A stretch of 44,267 nucleotides of DNA from an uncultured Candidatus Micrarchaeota archaeon (GCA_903892905.1 CAITKI010000113.1:1-44267), one strand, 5' to 3'; counted from the stretch's first letter, positions 18,595 to 29,376 are shown. Notes: generated by a model not told the origin, from the letters alone. Numbers and translations: made by a program.

Positions 18595-20235
18595 ATGGGA
18601 GGGGCGTTAGTACCAAAGCACATATTTCTTATCCTACTTCTTGCGCTTTCCCTCGTTCCGATTGCAAATGCCATTGCTTGCCAGGCATTCAATGGAGACT
18701 GCGGGCCGCAGGGCCAGGACCCAAGCCTGCCATGCTGCAGCACCCTTGTCTGCGCCCAGGGGCTGTGCAAGCAGGCATATGGCGGCGCCTGCAGCGCAGA
18801 TGCCGATTGCGGCAGCGGCCTGTTCTGCAGCGGGGGGGTGTGCAAGGGCTGCAACTGCAACACATTGGCAATCTGCAGCGGCGTGGCGTGCAGCTCAGGC
18901 GCGCAATGCTGCAGCGGCTCGTGCGGCGGCAGCCCCTCTGTATGCAAGCGCTGCCTGGGCATCGGCGACTCCTACCAGAACGGCATGGGCGCCTGCTGCT
19001 CGAGCCTCGTGCAGGACCCTGGCAGCGGCAAGTGCATCGAGGCTGCCACGCAAGGCGGCAGCGGCAACTGGTATGACAACATCTACGTCTGGGCGGGCCT
19101 CGCGGTGCTGATGTCCGCAATGTTCCTCGGGCTTGCCTATATGGCATCCCAGCTCTTCCGCGTCCAGGTCCTCGAGGCATGGGTGAGGATTGAGCTTGGC
19201 GAGCTTGTCAAGAGCATGGTGATCGCGGTTTTCTGCGTGGCGCTCATTGCAAGCACGAATGCCGCCGCGCAGTTCCTGTCAGGCGAATCCGGCGCCACCG
19301 ACGTCATCTCCGCCTCGCAGCAGTTCATGGTCACCCTTTACAGCGACGGGCACTCGCTTTACTCCAAGCTCGCCATCGTGTATTTCAACGTGGCGAAAGT
19401 GGCATCGTACTCCTACACGGCAGGCACATCGATTGGCGGCTATGCCACCATAAGCTACTCCTCCTCCCCCGCGTCGGGCATGTCGCCCCTTGTCGCCGAA
19501 GTTGGCCAGGCGCTTGACTCGGTGGCGAACTTCATGCTCCTTGCCGCAGCGCAGGCCGCGTTCCTGAAATTCTTCGGGGCAGCCGCGCTTGTCATGCTTC
19601 CCGTGGGCATTTTCCTGCGCTCGTTCTCATTCACGCGAAAGCTTGGCGCCACCTTGCTTGCCGCGACCATTGCATCCGCAGTCATCTACCCTGCATCCGT
19701 CCTGCTTTCGCAGCAGGTGTACGGCACTTTCTCGCCAGACCTCAAGGCGGGCATCGCGAACGTGGAGGTCACGCCAGCCGAAAACCCGCCCTCCTCCAGC
19801 GTGGTGTGCAACACCTTCATGCAGTATTTCGTGCAAAGCCCCATCCCGTTCCTCGGAGGCGAGATAGGCTGGTGGATAGTGGTGGGCACGCCAATCTGCG
19901 CCATTGCCGCAATCACGGGCGGCGGGTTTGTGGCATGCATGTCCGCGGTATACCAGATAATCAGCATGGTGTTCATGATAATCAAGGCGCTTTTCCCCAT
20001 ACTGCTTTTCGCCTCGGTGTTCATGACAATGGACGAAGGCACCAAGGTCGACAGGCTGATGGATAACTACTACGCGCCCCTGCATGATTACGCGCTGCCC
20101 ACAGTCGCCAAGTTCACCATGCTTTCCCTCACCACTTTCCTCATCCCCATAATAATCACGCTCTCGCTCCTGCGCGGGCTCGCCACTGCATTCGGCGGCG
20201 AGGCGCAGCTTTACGGGCTATCCAAGCTGGTTTGA
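18595..20235 (+). CDS. Paralog 1: CedA/VirB6-like polytopic membrane protein with N-terminal knottin-like Cys-rich domain
   Basis: Signal peptide; Cys-rich repeats; shared motifs AYM...WVRIELGE, LPVGIFLRSFSFTRKLGATLLA...IYP, C-terminal FGGEAQLYGLSKLV; family label is inference. Confidence 0.75.
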   Translation: MGGALVPKHIFLILLLALSLVPIANAIACQAFNGDCGPQGQDPSLPCCSTLVCAQGLCKQAYGGACSADADCGSGLFCSGGVCKGCNCNTLAICSGVACSSGAQCCSGSCGGSPSVCKRCLGIGDSYQNGMGACCSSLVQDPGSGKCIEAATQGGSGNWYDNIYVWAGLAVLMSAMFLGLAYMASQLFRVQVLEAWVRIELGELVKSMVIAVFCVALIASTNAAAQFLSGESGATDVISASQQFMVTLYSDGHSLYSKLAIVYFNVAKVASYSYTAGTSIGGYATISYSSSPASGMSPLVAEVGQALDSVANFMLLAAAQAAFLKFFGAAALVMLPVGIFLRSFSFTRKLGATLLAATIASAVIYPASVLLSQQVYGTFSPDLKAGIANVEVTPAENPPSSSVVCNTFMQYFVQSPIPFLGGEIGWWIVVGTPICAIAAITGGGFVACMSAVYQIISMVFMIIKALFPILLFASVFMTMDEGTKVDRLMDNYYAPLHDYALPTVAKFTMLSLTTFLIPIIITLSLLRGLATAFGGEAQLYGLSKLV

Positions 20236-21230
20236 TGAAATTTCCCCTAGCGCTTGCATTGGTCGTGTTCGCCTCTTCAGGGATTTGGGCAGCCAGCGCG
20301 CCGCCTGCCTACCTCGGCGCCAACTCGACTTGCAGCGTGGAAACCTTCGGCGTGGTGGGCGGGGGCATGGCAGTCTCGCTCATCACAGTCTCGTTCGCAA
20401 TCGTCTCGTTTGGCATTGCGCTTGCCTACATGTACTCCAAGGTGCGCGAGGACGCCGCAACCGGCGTGTGGGCAAAGGACGAGGCATTCAACCTCGTGAT
20501 TTCAGTTCTCCTGTTTGCCGGCCTTCTCATAGTCTTTTCCGCCTCCTGCTCGCTCGCCTATGACTATTCGGGCGGCAACCCCATCTACGCCTCGCAGAAG
20601 TACCTCGACTCGCTCATCTCCTCAAACGGGCTGAACATCCTAAAGACGCTCTCCTCGGACAGCATCACCAACCAGCTGGACGCCACCAAGTACCGCTACC
20701 TCGGGCTCACGCCGTTCTGGGGCGAGGGCGCGGCGCTGCGCTCCAACCGCAAGGCATACTCCGCGCACGAGGAGTACCTGATTGACCTGTACCTGCCCAT
20801 CATCGCCAGCCTCTCCGCGCAGAAATACATAATCACCGGCATTGCCTGGATGGGCGCCTATGTGCTGCTGCCATTCGCCTTCGTGATGCGGCTCATCCCG
20901 CCCACGCGCGACTTCGGCAACGTGCTCATCGCGCTTTTCTTCGGCCTCTACATAGCGGTGCCCACGCTCTACGCCATGAGCGGCAAGGTCTTCATGACGG
21001 ACATAGCGGGAGCAGTGTCGCCCTACACCACCGACTCGTCGCTTGAGAAGTTCTGCTCATACGGGCTGGACAACGCCCAGCCGGGCTCGTGCGGGCCCTC
21101 GAGCGGCACCGTGCTTTACAGGATAGGCTCCACCATCCCTCAGGCGGTGTTCCTCCCCAACCTCGCAATCATCGTGGCAATCAGCTGCATCATGGCGCTT
21201 TCAAAAGCATTGCGCGCGCTAGCGGTGTGA
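20235..21230 (+). CDS. Paralog 2: CedA/VirB6-like polytopic membrane protein
   Basis: TGATG overlap with paralog 1; AYM...WAKDEAFN and LPFAFVMRLIPPTRDFGNVLIA...AVP. Confidence 0.75.
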   Translation: MKFPLALALVVFASSGIWAASAPPAYLGANSTCSVETFGVVGGGMAVSLITVSFAIVSFGIALAYMYSKVREDAATGVWAKDEAFNLVISVLLFAGLLIVFSASCSLAYDYSGGNPIYASQKYLDSLISSNGLNILKTLSSDSITNQLDATKYRYLGLTPFWGEGAALRSNRKAYSAHEEYLIDLYLPIIASLSAQKYIITGIAWMGAYVLLPFAFVMRLIPPTRDFGNVLIALFFGLYIAVPTLYAMSGKVFMTDIAGAVSPYTTDSSLEKFCSYGLDNAQPGSCGPSSGTVLYRIGSTIPQAVFLPNLAIIVAISCIMALSKALRALAV

Positions 21231-21232
21231 AC

Positions 21233-24200
21233 ATGGAATTTGCAACCGGAAAGAAAAACAGCATCGGAATCCGTTCCCTCCTTTTCCTCAGCCTCGCGCT
21301 TCTCTCGCTCCTCGCCGCGCCGGCGCATGCAGCCGCCGTGACGTGCGGGCAGACCTTTGAGGGCTCAGGCACCTGCACCGGCGGCACCAATTCATTTTCC
21401 TGCTCCACGCTTACCCAAAACGGCATAGGCTGCTGCGAAGAGGCAGGCTGCCAGTGGTCTACTTCCCCGGATCAGGATACCTGCAAGGGCGGCACGCGCA
21501 CCGTGACCTGCTCGGGCTACAATGACAACCCCCAGGGATGCAATGCAATGGGCTGCAAGTTCAACATGAACGCAGGCGCAGGCAGCTGCGGGGGGAGCGT
21601 GGGCGGCAAAGGATATGGGGTGGCATGCAACAGCACAAGCGACTGCGCCAAGTGCCTGGTGTGCGACCCTGTTTCCAGCAAGTGCACGCAGAAGCCAGGC
21701 ATCTGCACCACCATTCCCGCGGAATACGTTCCGCAGGCCCCGCCCCTGGACCAGCCCGGCACAGGCATCACCCCGCAGTCCGCAATCGGGAACCTGGAAA
21801 GCGGCACCACTGGCGGGATGGGCGGCGCAGTGGTGGGAAGCGGGACCAACATCTACAATGCAGGATGGTTCTCGGACTGGAAGGCGATGGGGTTCATTGG
21901 CGTGGCAATCGTGTGCTCCATAATCGCGCTTGCGGCAATGATAGGCATTGCGTTCAACATGCCCGAGGTGCGCGCGTTTGCCAACACCGAGCTTCGGCAG
22001 GCCGTGATTTCGGTGCTGCTCATCGTGTCGCTCATCGCGATGGTCACGTTCTTCAACGAAATCGCGCATGACGCGGTGTATGCCGCAGGCCTGCCGGTTG
22101 CCTGCAACAACGGCGAGCCCTACAACGGCGAGCCCTGCTACGCCACGGCGGCAAAGGCATACCTCGGGCAGATTTATGACACCGGGAACGAGTATGCGCA
22201 GACCGAGCTGCGCGAGTCCATCGTGAACGCCAAGCGCGCGAGCTACGGCTACAACCTCAACCTGAACAAGATATACCTGCTCTTCGCAGGCATGTCCATC
22301 CGCTTCAACGCGGGCGACACGCTGGTCGCGGAGCGGCATGGCGCGCTTTTCACCCAGGCGGCAAAGATGATGTCGAGCATCTACTCGCAGAAGTATTTCA
22401 TCGACGTGATAACATTCGGCGTGGCGCCGCTTTTCATATTGCTTGGCATTGTGCTCCGCACCTTCTTCTTCACGCGCAAGCTCGGCGGGCTTCTCCTGGC
22501 AATGGCAATCTCGCTGTTCATAATCTACCCGCTCACCTATGCGTTTGCCTGGTACACGCTCAATGTCACGGTGTATGGCGAGAGGACGCTTGCTGTCGCC
22601 GACCCCAACTGCCCCGGCGAATGCACAGGCACCTATCCAGTCGCATTCTTCACCTCAAGCACAGGCGAGCTTGTGCAGTTTTCCACCATGCAGTCCATAA
22701 TGCGCGCAGGCATAAACGCGGCCAACTGGCCAAACGGCGGGCCGGGCGGGGCGTTCCCGGGGCTTGTGGCATGCCGCGACCTGGCTGCGATAAACCTGCC
22801 CTCAAGCGTGGCGCCGAATTCCTGCCCTGGCTGCCCTGACTACTGCCGCGACGTGCCGTTCCCCTCAGGCATCCCTGGCTGCAACATAACGCAGTGCTCT
22901 GCATGCAACGCCGGCTGCAAGATAGTGCGCCAGCGCCTCGACTGCCAGACCGACCCGTCCTGCGCAGGCAATTGCCCGCTTTCCTGCCGCACGCGCGTGC
23001 CCCTTGAGAACAAGTGCTTCAGCAACGAGGCCGGCGGCATCATCCCCGCCAACCTCGCAATCAGCTGCTCTGGCTGCGGCAAGTACCCTGCGTGGTGCCG
23101 CTTCCTGAAAAACGAGTCGGGCGTGCTCACGCGCGTCTACAACGACCCGAACAAGGACATGGCGTGCGCAAGGATTGATTCCGATCCCACCTGCCCGCAG
23201 CAGTGCTCCTATGTCACCAGCATGGGCAAGGACCTCACCTGCGACTCGCTTTGCAGCGACCCGATCAGCGACACGGTGTGCCCCAAGGAATGCCGGGTGA
23301 ACGAGCTTCTCAACAGCCCCTCATGGGCCAGCACGTATGACCTCGCCCCGCCCAACCTTACCAGCGCGTGCCGCGAAACGCCGCAGATAGCCGCGGCATG
23401 CTCTGCATGCGCCAACCACCCCGAGTGCCTGGTCACTGCAGGCGCAATCACCGGCTGCTCGAAATACCCAACCATTTCAAACGGCTCGGAGCTCTGCCTG
23501 GACTGCCCTGACTACTGCAGGCGCACCGCAGCCAACTTCAACGTCGTGTTTTCCAGCTTGTCAAACGCGGAGCGCAGCGCCTCCAACTTCCCTGACGTCT
23601 GCGTGCCCACGCAGACCAACAACATAAACTGCAGCGCTTCGGGCAATCCTCCTGCGTGCGCCTTAAACTGCTCGGTCAACGCCTCTCTTAACACGCCGCC
23701 CCAGCTTTGCAGGCCGCTGCAGACGCTTCCTAGTGCGGACAAGACGCTGTGCGGCGCCTGCCCTGATGAAACGCGCTACAGCCTTCGCTTCAACAAGTCT
23801 GGCATATGCCCTGGCGGAGGCTCCAGCACCCAGAACGATAGCGGCAACAATAACATCACGACAGGCGCGCCTGCCGGCGGCTATGACGTCGTCTTCTTCC
23901 CATCTGGCAATAAGATGGCATCTGGCGCGCCTGGCAAGATTGCCGGCACGCTTTGGCTTGCTGGCGGGGCGTCTGTCAACACAATTTCTGCACGCATCGA
24001 CCCTCCCAACCCAAGCAACACCTCCAACCCTGCGGGCTTCTGCAACGGCACAGGGGATGATGGCCAGGGCAGCGGCGGCGCCGCGCCCGCCGATGGCTCG
24101 ATACAATTCCAAGCCCCCACAATCCGGCTTGCAGCCATGAATATCAAGTACGAATACAAGTGGTATCTTGACGGCGTGCAAAACTCAAGCGGGCAAACCG

Positions 24201-25837
24201 CAGGTTCATTCCCGTCCGGCATCGAGGCATATGTCTCAAACCCATCCGGGCCTGTTGCCGTGGGGCAGAACTGGACATTCTCATGCCGCGCATTCAGCGG
24301 CGCCATTTCTGGCTCCTGGAAAAATGCCAGCGTGGTCATCCAGGCACAAAACCCGTCCATGGTCTCCTCGCGCATTTCAGCCGCGGTTCCCCCTGCCACC
24401 GCTGCCAGCACGCTGGTGGGATACTGCAACGGCACTGACAGCGGAGGGGCCCCCTTACTGTATAACTATACATATTACCTGAACGGCGTGGCAAACTCCA
24501 CTGGCCAGACATCATCCGCCCCATCAGGGACGGAGGTGGCGGCGCCCACCAACATCCAGCCGCCGCTTGCCGCAGGCCAAAGTTGGAGCTTCTCCTGCAA
24601 CGCATACAACGGCTCTGCCTATAGCGGCTGGCTTAACAGCACGCCCCTTACTATACAAGGCCCGCTGCCAGAGCCGAACTGCACAGTCACCATCGTGCCA
24701 GTGCTTCTCCAAAGCCAGTATGACTGCGGCCCGCCTGCGTGCAACGACAGCTGCATGGGGCCCATTGTAGAACTTCCAAACCCATCCAATTCGCCATGCG
24801 AGGACGCAAACCTCACGGGCTGCCCCTATGGGTGCCGCGTGAAAGGGGCTGGCGCGGATTACTTGAATGGAAGCTGCGCTGCAGCATGCGCAGGCTTGCC
24901 CGCAGAATGCTTCGTGGACCCGACAGTCCCGGCGCCCGCGCCCTGGCCAATCTGCAGCGAATACCTGGGCAATGGCCCGAAAACCTGCCACAGCACAGAC
25001 TGCATCGGGCTCAACGCCACCACATGCGAATCCCCCGGCACAGGCTGCGCCTGGGATGGGCTGCTTTGCGACAAGGCCGCATGCACTGCCAAGCCCAGCC
25101 AGGCATCGTGCACCGGCACCGCGGGCTGCGTCTGGATGTACACTGCCAAATACGTCCCGATAAACGACAGGCAGGAGCCATACAAAGACAGGACTGCCTG
25201 CCGCCAGTGCCCAGAGGAATGCAGGCTGGCTGGTTACACAGGAAGCTGCGGCGTGACGGGCAACAGCGACGGCAAATACGTGGACTGCAGCGAATCAGAA
25301 TGCCCGCCCACCTGCAGGGTGCCAAAGCCTTCGCCGACGTCCACCCCTGCATACGACAACTGCCAGCCATATCCTGAGGGCAACTACACTGCATGCCAGG
25401 GATGCCCTGCGCTTTGCAGGCGCCAAAGCGACATATCGATCAGCAGCTGCTCTTCCTACCCCAACTGCGCAGTGGGCGATTCGCCCACCAGCTGCACTGG
25501 CGACTGCCTGCTTGAAAACCCGCCCGAGAAGGCGTGCGAAGGCTGCCTGGCCTGCGACTACGACTGCATATACTACCCATCCATCCGCACGGACTGCTCG
25601 AGCATCTGCAGCGACGAGGCGCTGGCCGGGCCTGTCAACATCGAGCCCAACGACTTCATCAAGAGCCTGCCAGGCGCAAAGACTGCGTATGTGGAAACCA
25701 AGAACATCGGCACGCTTTACCTGCCGGCTGTGGTGCTGCCGCTGTTCTGCATAGTGATAGTGATTGCGTTCATCCGCGTGCTCTCGCCAATCCTTGGCGG
25801 CGACATCGAGATACCCGGGCTTGGAAGGATAATATGA
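21233..25837 (+). CDS. Paralog 3: CedA/VirB6-like membrane protein carrying a ~1050 aa Cys-rich/Ig-like extracellular insertion
   Basis: Signal peptide; FANTELRQ; LGIVLRTFFFTRKLGGLLLA...IYP; many CxxCPxxCR units; C-terminal LSPILGGDIEIPGLGRII. Confidence 0.8.
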   Translation: MEFATGKKNSIGIRSLLFLSLALLSLLAAPAHAAAVTCGQTFEGSGTCTGGTNSFSCSTLTQNGIGCCEEAGCQWSTSPDQDTCKGGTRTVTCSGYNDNPQGCNAMGCKFNMNAGAGSCGGSVGGKGYGVACNSTSDCAKCLVCDPVSSKCTQKPGICTTIPAEYVPQAPPLDQPGTGITPQSAIGNLESGTTGGMGGAVVGSGTNIYNAGWFSDWKAMGFIGVAIVCSIIALAAMIGIAFNMPEVRAFANTELRQAVISVLLIVSLIAMVTFFNEIAHDAVYAAGLPVACNNGEPYNGEPCYATAAKAYLGQIYDTGNEYAQTELRESIVNAKRASYGYNLNLNKIYLLFAGMSIRFNAGDTLVAERHGALFTQAAKMMSSIYSQKYFIDVITFGVAPLFILLGIVLRTFFFTRKLGGLLLAMAISLFIIYPLTYAFAWYTLNVTVYGERTLAVADPNCPGECTGTYPVAFFTSSTGELVQFSTMQSIMRAGINAANWPNGGPGGAFPGLVACRDLAAINLPSSVAPNSCPGCPDYCRDVPFPSGIPGCNITQCSACNAGCKIVRQRLDCQTDPSCAGNCPLSCRTRVPLENKCFSNEAGGIIPANLAISCSGCGKYPAWCRFLKNESGVLTRVYNDPNKDMACARIDSDPTCPQQCSYVTSMGKDLTCDSLCSDPISDTVCPKECRVNELLNSPSWASTYDLAPPNLTSACRETPQIAAACSACANHPECLVTAGAITGCSKYPTISNGSELCLDCPDYCRRTAANFNVVFSSLSNAERSASNFPDVCVPTQTNNINCSASGNPPACALNCSVNASLNTPPQLCRPLQTLPSADKTLCGACPDETRYSLRFNKSGICPGGGSSTQNDSGNNNITTGAPAGGYDVVFFPSGNKMASGAPGKIAGTLWLAGGASVNTISARIDPPNPSNTSNPAGFCNGTGDDGQGSGGAAPADGSIQFQAPTIRLAAMNIKYEYKWYLDGVQNSSGQTAGSFPSGIEAYVSNPSGPVAVGQNWTFSCRAFSGAISGSWKNASVVIQAQNPSMVSSRISAAVPPATAASTLVGYCNGTDSGGAPLLYNYTYYLNGVANSTGQTSSAPSGTEVAAPTNIQPPLAAGQSWSFSCNAYNGSAYSGWLNSTPLTIQGPLPEPNCTVTIVPVLLQSQYDCGPPACNDSCMGPIVELPNPSNSPCEDANLTGCPYGCRVKGAGADYLNGSCAAACAGLPAECFVDPTVPAPAPWPICSEYLGNGPKTCHSTDCIGLNATTCESPGTGCAWDGLLCDKAACTAKPSQASCTGTAGCVWMYTAKYVPINDRQEPYKDRTACRQCPEECRLAGYTGSCGVTGNSDGKYVDCSESECPPTCRVPKPSPTSTPAYDNCQPYPEGNYTACQGCPALCRRQSDISISSCSSYPNCAVGDSPTSCTGDCLLENPPEKACEGCLACDYDCIYYPSIRTDCSSICSDEALAGPVNIEPNDFIKSLPGAKTAYVETKNIGTLYLPAVVLPLFCIVIVIAFIRVLSPILGGDIEIPGLGRII

Positions 25838-25952
25838 AGATGAAAAAAACGAAGAGGGCGCCTGCAAGGGGCATGGAACGGTAAGGATGATATGAAGGGT
25901 GTGAAACGAAGAGGGCGCCCGGACAAGGGCATGAAGGGTAAGGATGATATGA
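25825..25952 (+). repeat. 57-58 bp tandem duplication of the stop/start junction
   Basis: AAGGATRATATGA at 25825, 25883 and 25940; AAACGAAGAGGGCGCC in both units. Confidence 0.85.
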
Positions 25953-26977
25953 CGGCTGGAAAAACTAAGAAAACGGCATCAATTTTCCGCTTCCTGCTTT
26001 TCGCCAGCATTGCCCTTGCGCTGTCCGGCGGCGCGCTCCACGCTGCAACAGCATCGCCGAACTACACGTACTTCTGGCTCGCGCTTCTCATCCCGACAGC
26101 CATAGTGGCAATCGCCTACATGGCAAGCTATGCTTTCAGCATGCCGCAGCTGCGCGCAATATTGCAGGACGAGCTCCTCCAGATACTTGCAACCGGCGCA
26201 GTGGCGCTCACGCTGGTGGGCACGCAGCTTGTGGTGGACCAGTACGTGGTGGCCACGCTGCAGGCATCCGGCGCAACCGGAAGCGACATCACCGGCGTGA
26301 TGGACGCAGCCTCGCTGAAAATCAACTCGCTTGCCAACAACACCACTGCCGTGCTGCAGAACATGCAGGACGTGAGCATGGCGCTTGGCAAGGAGGCATC
26401 CAAGGGAGTGTTCTGCAACTTCATGGGCGTGGGCTTCTCGCTGTCGAACTGCAGCCCGTTCAACGCCTACCGCGGCAGCCTCACGGCGTCCGCCTTCACC
26501 ACCACGGTGGCTCTTTCCGACACCTATGCGCAGTCCTACATCCTCTCGCTTGCGCGAAGCTACGGCTTCACATTGCTCATCCCGCTTGGCCTGCTGCTGC
26601 GCTGCTTCCGCGCGAGCCGCGGCGCAGGCGGCGCGCTCATCGCAATCGGCTTCGGCTTCTACACGGTCTATCCCGCAGTCATACTTGCCACCGACAACCT
26701 GCTGCACAACGGCACGCCCCCCGGCGCGCCCGCCCTCCCGCTGGTCGGCACCTGCGACCCCCTGGAGACGCAGGTGTCCACATCGCTTTCAGAATTCACG
26801 GACTATGGCGACTCCCTCACGGACTACGCCGCTGCGAAAGCGCTTGCGTATTTCGTGCTGGTGCGCGTGCTGTTCCTGTCCATCCTCAACCTCATAATCA
26901 CGCTGGGGTTCATCCGCGCCTTCGCGCACATGATAGGCAGCGAAATAGACGTGTCCGCGCTGGCAAGGATATCCTAG
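25949..26977 (+). CDS. Paralog 4: CedA/VirB6-like polytopic membrane protein
   Basis: AYMAS...LQDELLQ; IPLGLLLRCFRASRGAGGALIA...VYP; C-terminal IGSEIDVSALARIS; alternative start 25892. Confidence 0.78.
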   Translation: MTAGKTKKTASIFRFLLFASIALALSGGALHAATASPNYTYFWLALLIPTAIVAIAYMASYAFSMPQLRAILQDELLQILATGAVALTLVGTQLVVDQYVVATLQASGATGSDITGVMDAASLKINSLANNTTAVLQNMQDVSMALGKEASKGVFCNFMGVGFSLSNCSPFNAYRGSLTASAFTTTVALSDTYAQSYILSLARSYGFTLLIPLGLLLRCFRASRGAGGALIAIGFGFYTVYPAVILATDNLLHNGTPPGAPALPLVGTCDPLETQVSTSLSEFTDYGDSLTDYAAAKALAYFVLVRVLFLSILNLIITLGFIRAFAHMIGSEIDVSALARIS

Positions 26978-26984
26978 GGGAAAA

Positions 26985-28148
26985 ATGCACATGGCAAACG
27001 AAAAATCCCGCATCGCCCTCTTCGTTTTCCTCAGCCTTGCCGCCCTCCTTCCCCAAGCGCTGCACGCGGGCACGCCCTTCACCTGCGGCTCAGCGAATTT
27101 CAACGACACCATTCAGGTCTGCGCGATTGCCGTGCTTGCAATGTTCGCCCTCATCGCGCTTGCCTACATCGGCGGCGAGGCAATGCAAAGCCCCCGCATG
27201 CTTTCCTGGGCAAAGTCCGAGGCGGTGCAGGCGTTCGCCTCGCTCGTGATAGCGTCCATCCTGATTTTCGTGCTGTTCACGATGTGCAGCTTCCAGGTCG
27301 GCGAGCTGAATTCGGTTTTCGGCTCCGCCATGCCGCTGATATACCAGGATGCGCCGGCGCCCTATGCAGGGGGGCAGGACAGCCTGTACACAGGGGCAAT
27401 GCGCTACACCGAAAACCTCGCGGCGCTCGCGCTTGGCAACATCGCATCGCTGCGCTACGACCTGGGCGCATATGAGCTGCGGACGTCTTTCAACACGTTC
27501 GTGTGCAACGGGGTTTGCATCTTCTCGCTTTCAAGCACCAGCGTGTCCTACTTCGGCGGCGAGAGCATGAACCTGGCAATCTCCAACAACCTGCTTGGCA
27601 TCGCCACGGTCTCCTACCTCTCCGTGATTTTCCAGTACTTCACGCTGGTGTACATCTACAACGGGCTCTTCCTCACCTTCCTGCCGCTTGCGATAATCAT
27701 CCGGTCCATCCCATTCTTGCGCCACTTCGGCGGCTCGCTCATCGCGATTTTCGTGGCGCTTTACATAATGTACCCGCTCATGCTGGTGGCCGACGCCTAC
27801 ATCGCGCCAGGGCTGGCCTCGGGCAGCGGCGCGCCCATAACAATGTACAGCCGCGACGGGCTGAACTGCCAGGGCATCGGCGTGTTCTCCACCGCCGCGC
27901 ACACCGGCGCGGTGTGCAGCCAGGGAAGCAGGCCTGAATGGGACATGGAAGGCAAATGGCAGCAGTCGGACATGACCAATCTGTCTCCAAACACGCTTGG
28001 CAGCGCAATCCAGTTCAACGTGCTCATATTCCTCACCGCGATATTCCTGCCTGCGGTCAATTTCATAGCGATTGCGGCATTCGGCCGCGAGCTTTCGCGA
28101 CTGCTCGGCGAGGAAGTGGACATGTCAAGATTGGGGCAGATGATTTGA
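26985..28148 (+). CDS. Paralog 5: CedA/VirB6-like polytopic membrane protein
   Basis: AYIGG...WAKSEAVQ; LPLAIIIRSIPFLRHFGGSLIA...MYP; C-terminal LGEEVDMSRLGQMI. Confidence 0.78.
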   Translation: MHMANEKSRIALFVFLSLAALLPQALHAGTPFTCGSANFNDTIQVCAIAVLAMFALIALAYIGGEAMQSPRMLSWAKSEAVQAFASLVIASILIFVLFTMCSFQVGELNSVFGSAMPLIYQDAPAPYAGGQDSLYTGAMRYTENLAALALGNIASLRYDLGAYELRTSFNTFVCNGVCIFSLSSTSVSYFGGESMNLAISNNLLGIATVSYLSVIFQYFTLVYIYNGLFLTFLPLAIIIRSIPFLRHFGGSLIAIFVALYIMYPLMLVADAYIAPGLASGSGAPITMYSRDGLNCQGIGVFSTAAHTGAVCSQGSRPEWDMEGKWQQSDMTNLSPNTLGSAIQFNVLIFLTAIFLPAVNFIAIAAFGRELSRLLGEEVDMSRLGQMI

Positions 28149-28211
28149 TGGCGCATGCAAGCAGCTGCAATGCGCGCCAATCCTGGCGGAACAGGCAGAT
28201 GATTTGATGGC
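28135..28211 (+). repeat. 18 bp direct repeat of the stop/start junction (period 59 bp)
   Basis: GGCAGATGATTTGATGGC at 28135-28152 and 28194-28211. Confidence 0.9.
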
Positions 28212-29376
28212 AAGCGGAAAAGCAACCTTCGGCAGGAAGCCAAACGGCTACCTTCTCCTGCTCAGCGTATTTGCCATCCTTCTCCTTGTGCAGCTTGCAA
28301 GCAGCACCTCTGCGTTCGAGGATTACCTTACAAAGCAGCAGACCTACTTCCAGAACCGCGTGGGCGGCTGGTGGGGCATTGCCGTCACGGCAATACTGAT
28401 ATGCATCGCGTTCAACACGCTGGTGTACATGCTGGGCTTTGCCCTTGAGAGCCAGGAGGTGAAGAACTACGCAAAGGCCGAGTTCCTCCAGGTGAGCGCA
28501 AGCTCGCTGATGATATTCCTCGCAGTCTCCCTCATCTTCACCGTCACCAGCGGAAGCGCGAACGTATCAGGATTTTATTTCATGGGCGACCTGCTTGGCG
28601 ACGGGGCGTCAAGCATAAGCTGCGCGGCCTCGCAGACCGGCAGATTCTACTTCTGGAAAGGCGAGGGCGACTTCGGCCAGGGCCCCATCGGCGCATTCAA
28701 GTGCAAGCTGCAGGAAAAGATAAACGCGCTTGACAACGCATACGCCGACGTCTCGCATGCCAACCTTGCTGTGGAGCAGTACACCTCCATATGCTATTAT
28801 CTTCTCGGCGTGCCTGTCTATTGCGGGGACTGGGACCTGGGCATGCACAAGCGCGTGGAGGAGGCGCACCTGGTGGCGTCCAAGCTCGTGGACCTGCAGG
28901 TGGCGCTGCATTCCGAGTTCGTGCTTGCCGAGTACGTGCAGCGCAACATGCTGTCCGTGTTCCTGCCCTTCGGCCTGGTGCTGCGCATCTTCCCCCTCAC
29001 CCGCGGGGTGGGCGGGCTTTTCATCGCAATCGGCGTGGGCTTTTTCTTCGTCTGGCCCACATTCTTCCTGCTCACCGACCCGACATTCGTAAAGGTGAAC
29101 AACCCGCCCTCGCAGGCAATGCAGCAGGGCGTGTGCTTCACTGGCTTCCGCGGGAGCGCGGTGCTGCTTGCAGGCGTGGTGCAGACGGGCGGCGCAGGGC
29201 AGCAGTCGGACCTGGCGATACTCCAGGGCAAGGACCTGGTGTACCAGATGACAATCGCCACGCAGTTCTACCCCTTCATCGCGCTCGTGCTCACGCTCAT
29301 ATTCATACGCGCCATGACACCGCTTCTCGGCGGGGACATGGGCGAGCTCATGAAAATGGTATCGAGGCTGGGATGA
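28207..29376 (+). CDS. Paralog 6: CedA/VirB6-like polytopic membrane protein
   Basis: VYMLG...YAKAEFLQ; LPFGLVLRIFPLTRGVGGLFIA...VWP; C-terminal LLGGDMGELMKMVSRLG. Confidence 0.78.
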   Translation: MASGKATFGRKPNGYLLLLSVFAILLLVQLASSTSAFEDYLTKQQTYFQNRVGGWWGIAVTAILICIAFNTLVYMLGFALESQEVKNYAKAEFLQVSASSLMIFLAVSLIFTVTSGSANVSGFYFMGDLLGDGASSISCAASQTGRFYFWKGEGDFGQGPIGAFKCKLQEKINALDNAYADVSHANLAVEQYTSICYYLLGVPVYCGDWDLGMHKRVEEAHLVASKLVDLQVALHSEFVLAEYVQRNMLSVFLPFGLVLRIFPLTRGVGGLFIAIGVGFFFVWPTFFLLTDPTFVKVNNPPSQAMQQGVCFTGFRGSAVLLAGVVQTGGAGQQSDLAILQGKDLVYQMTIATQFYPFIALVLTLIFIRAMTPLLGGDMGELMKMVSRLG

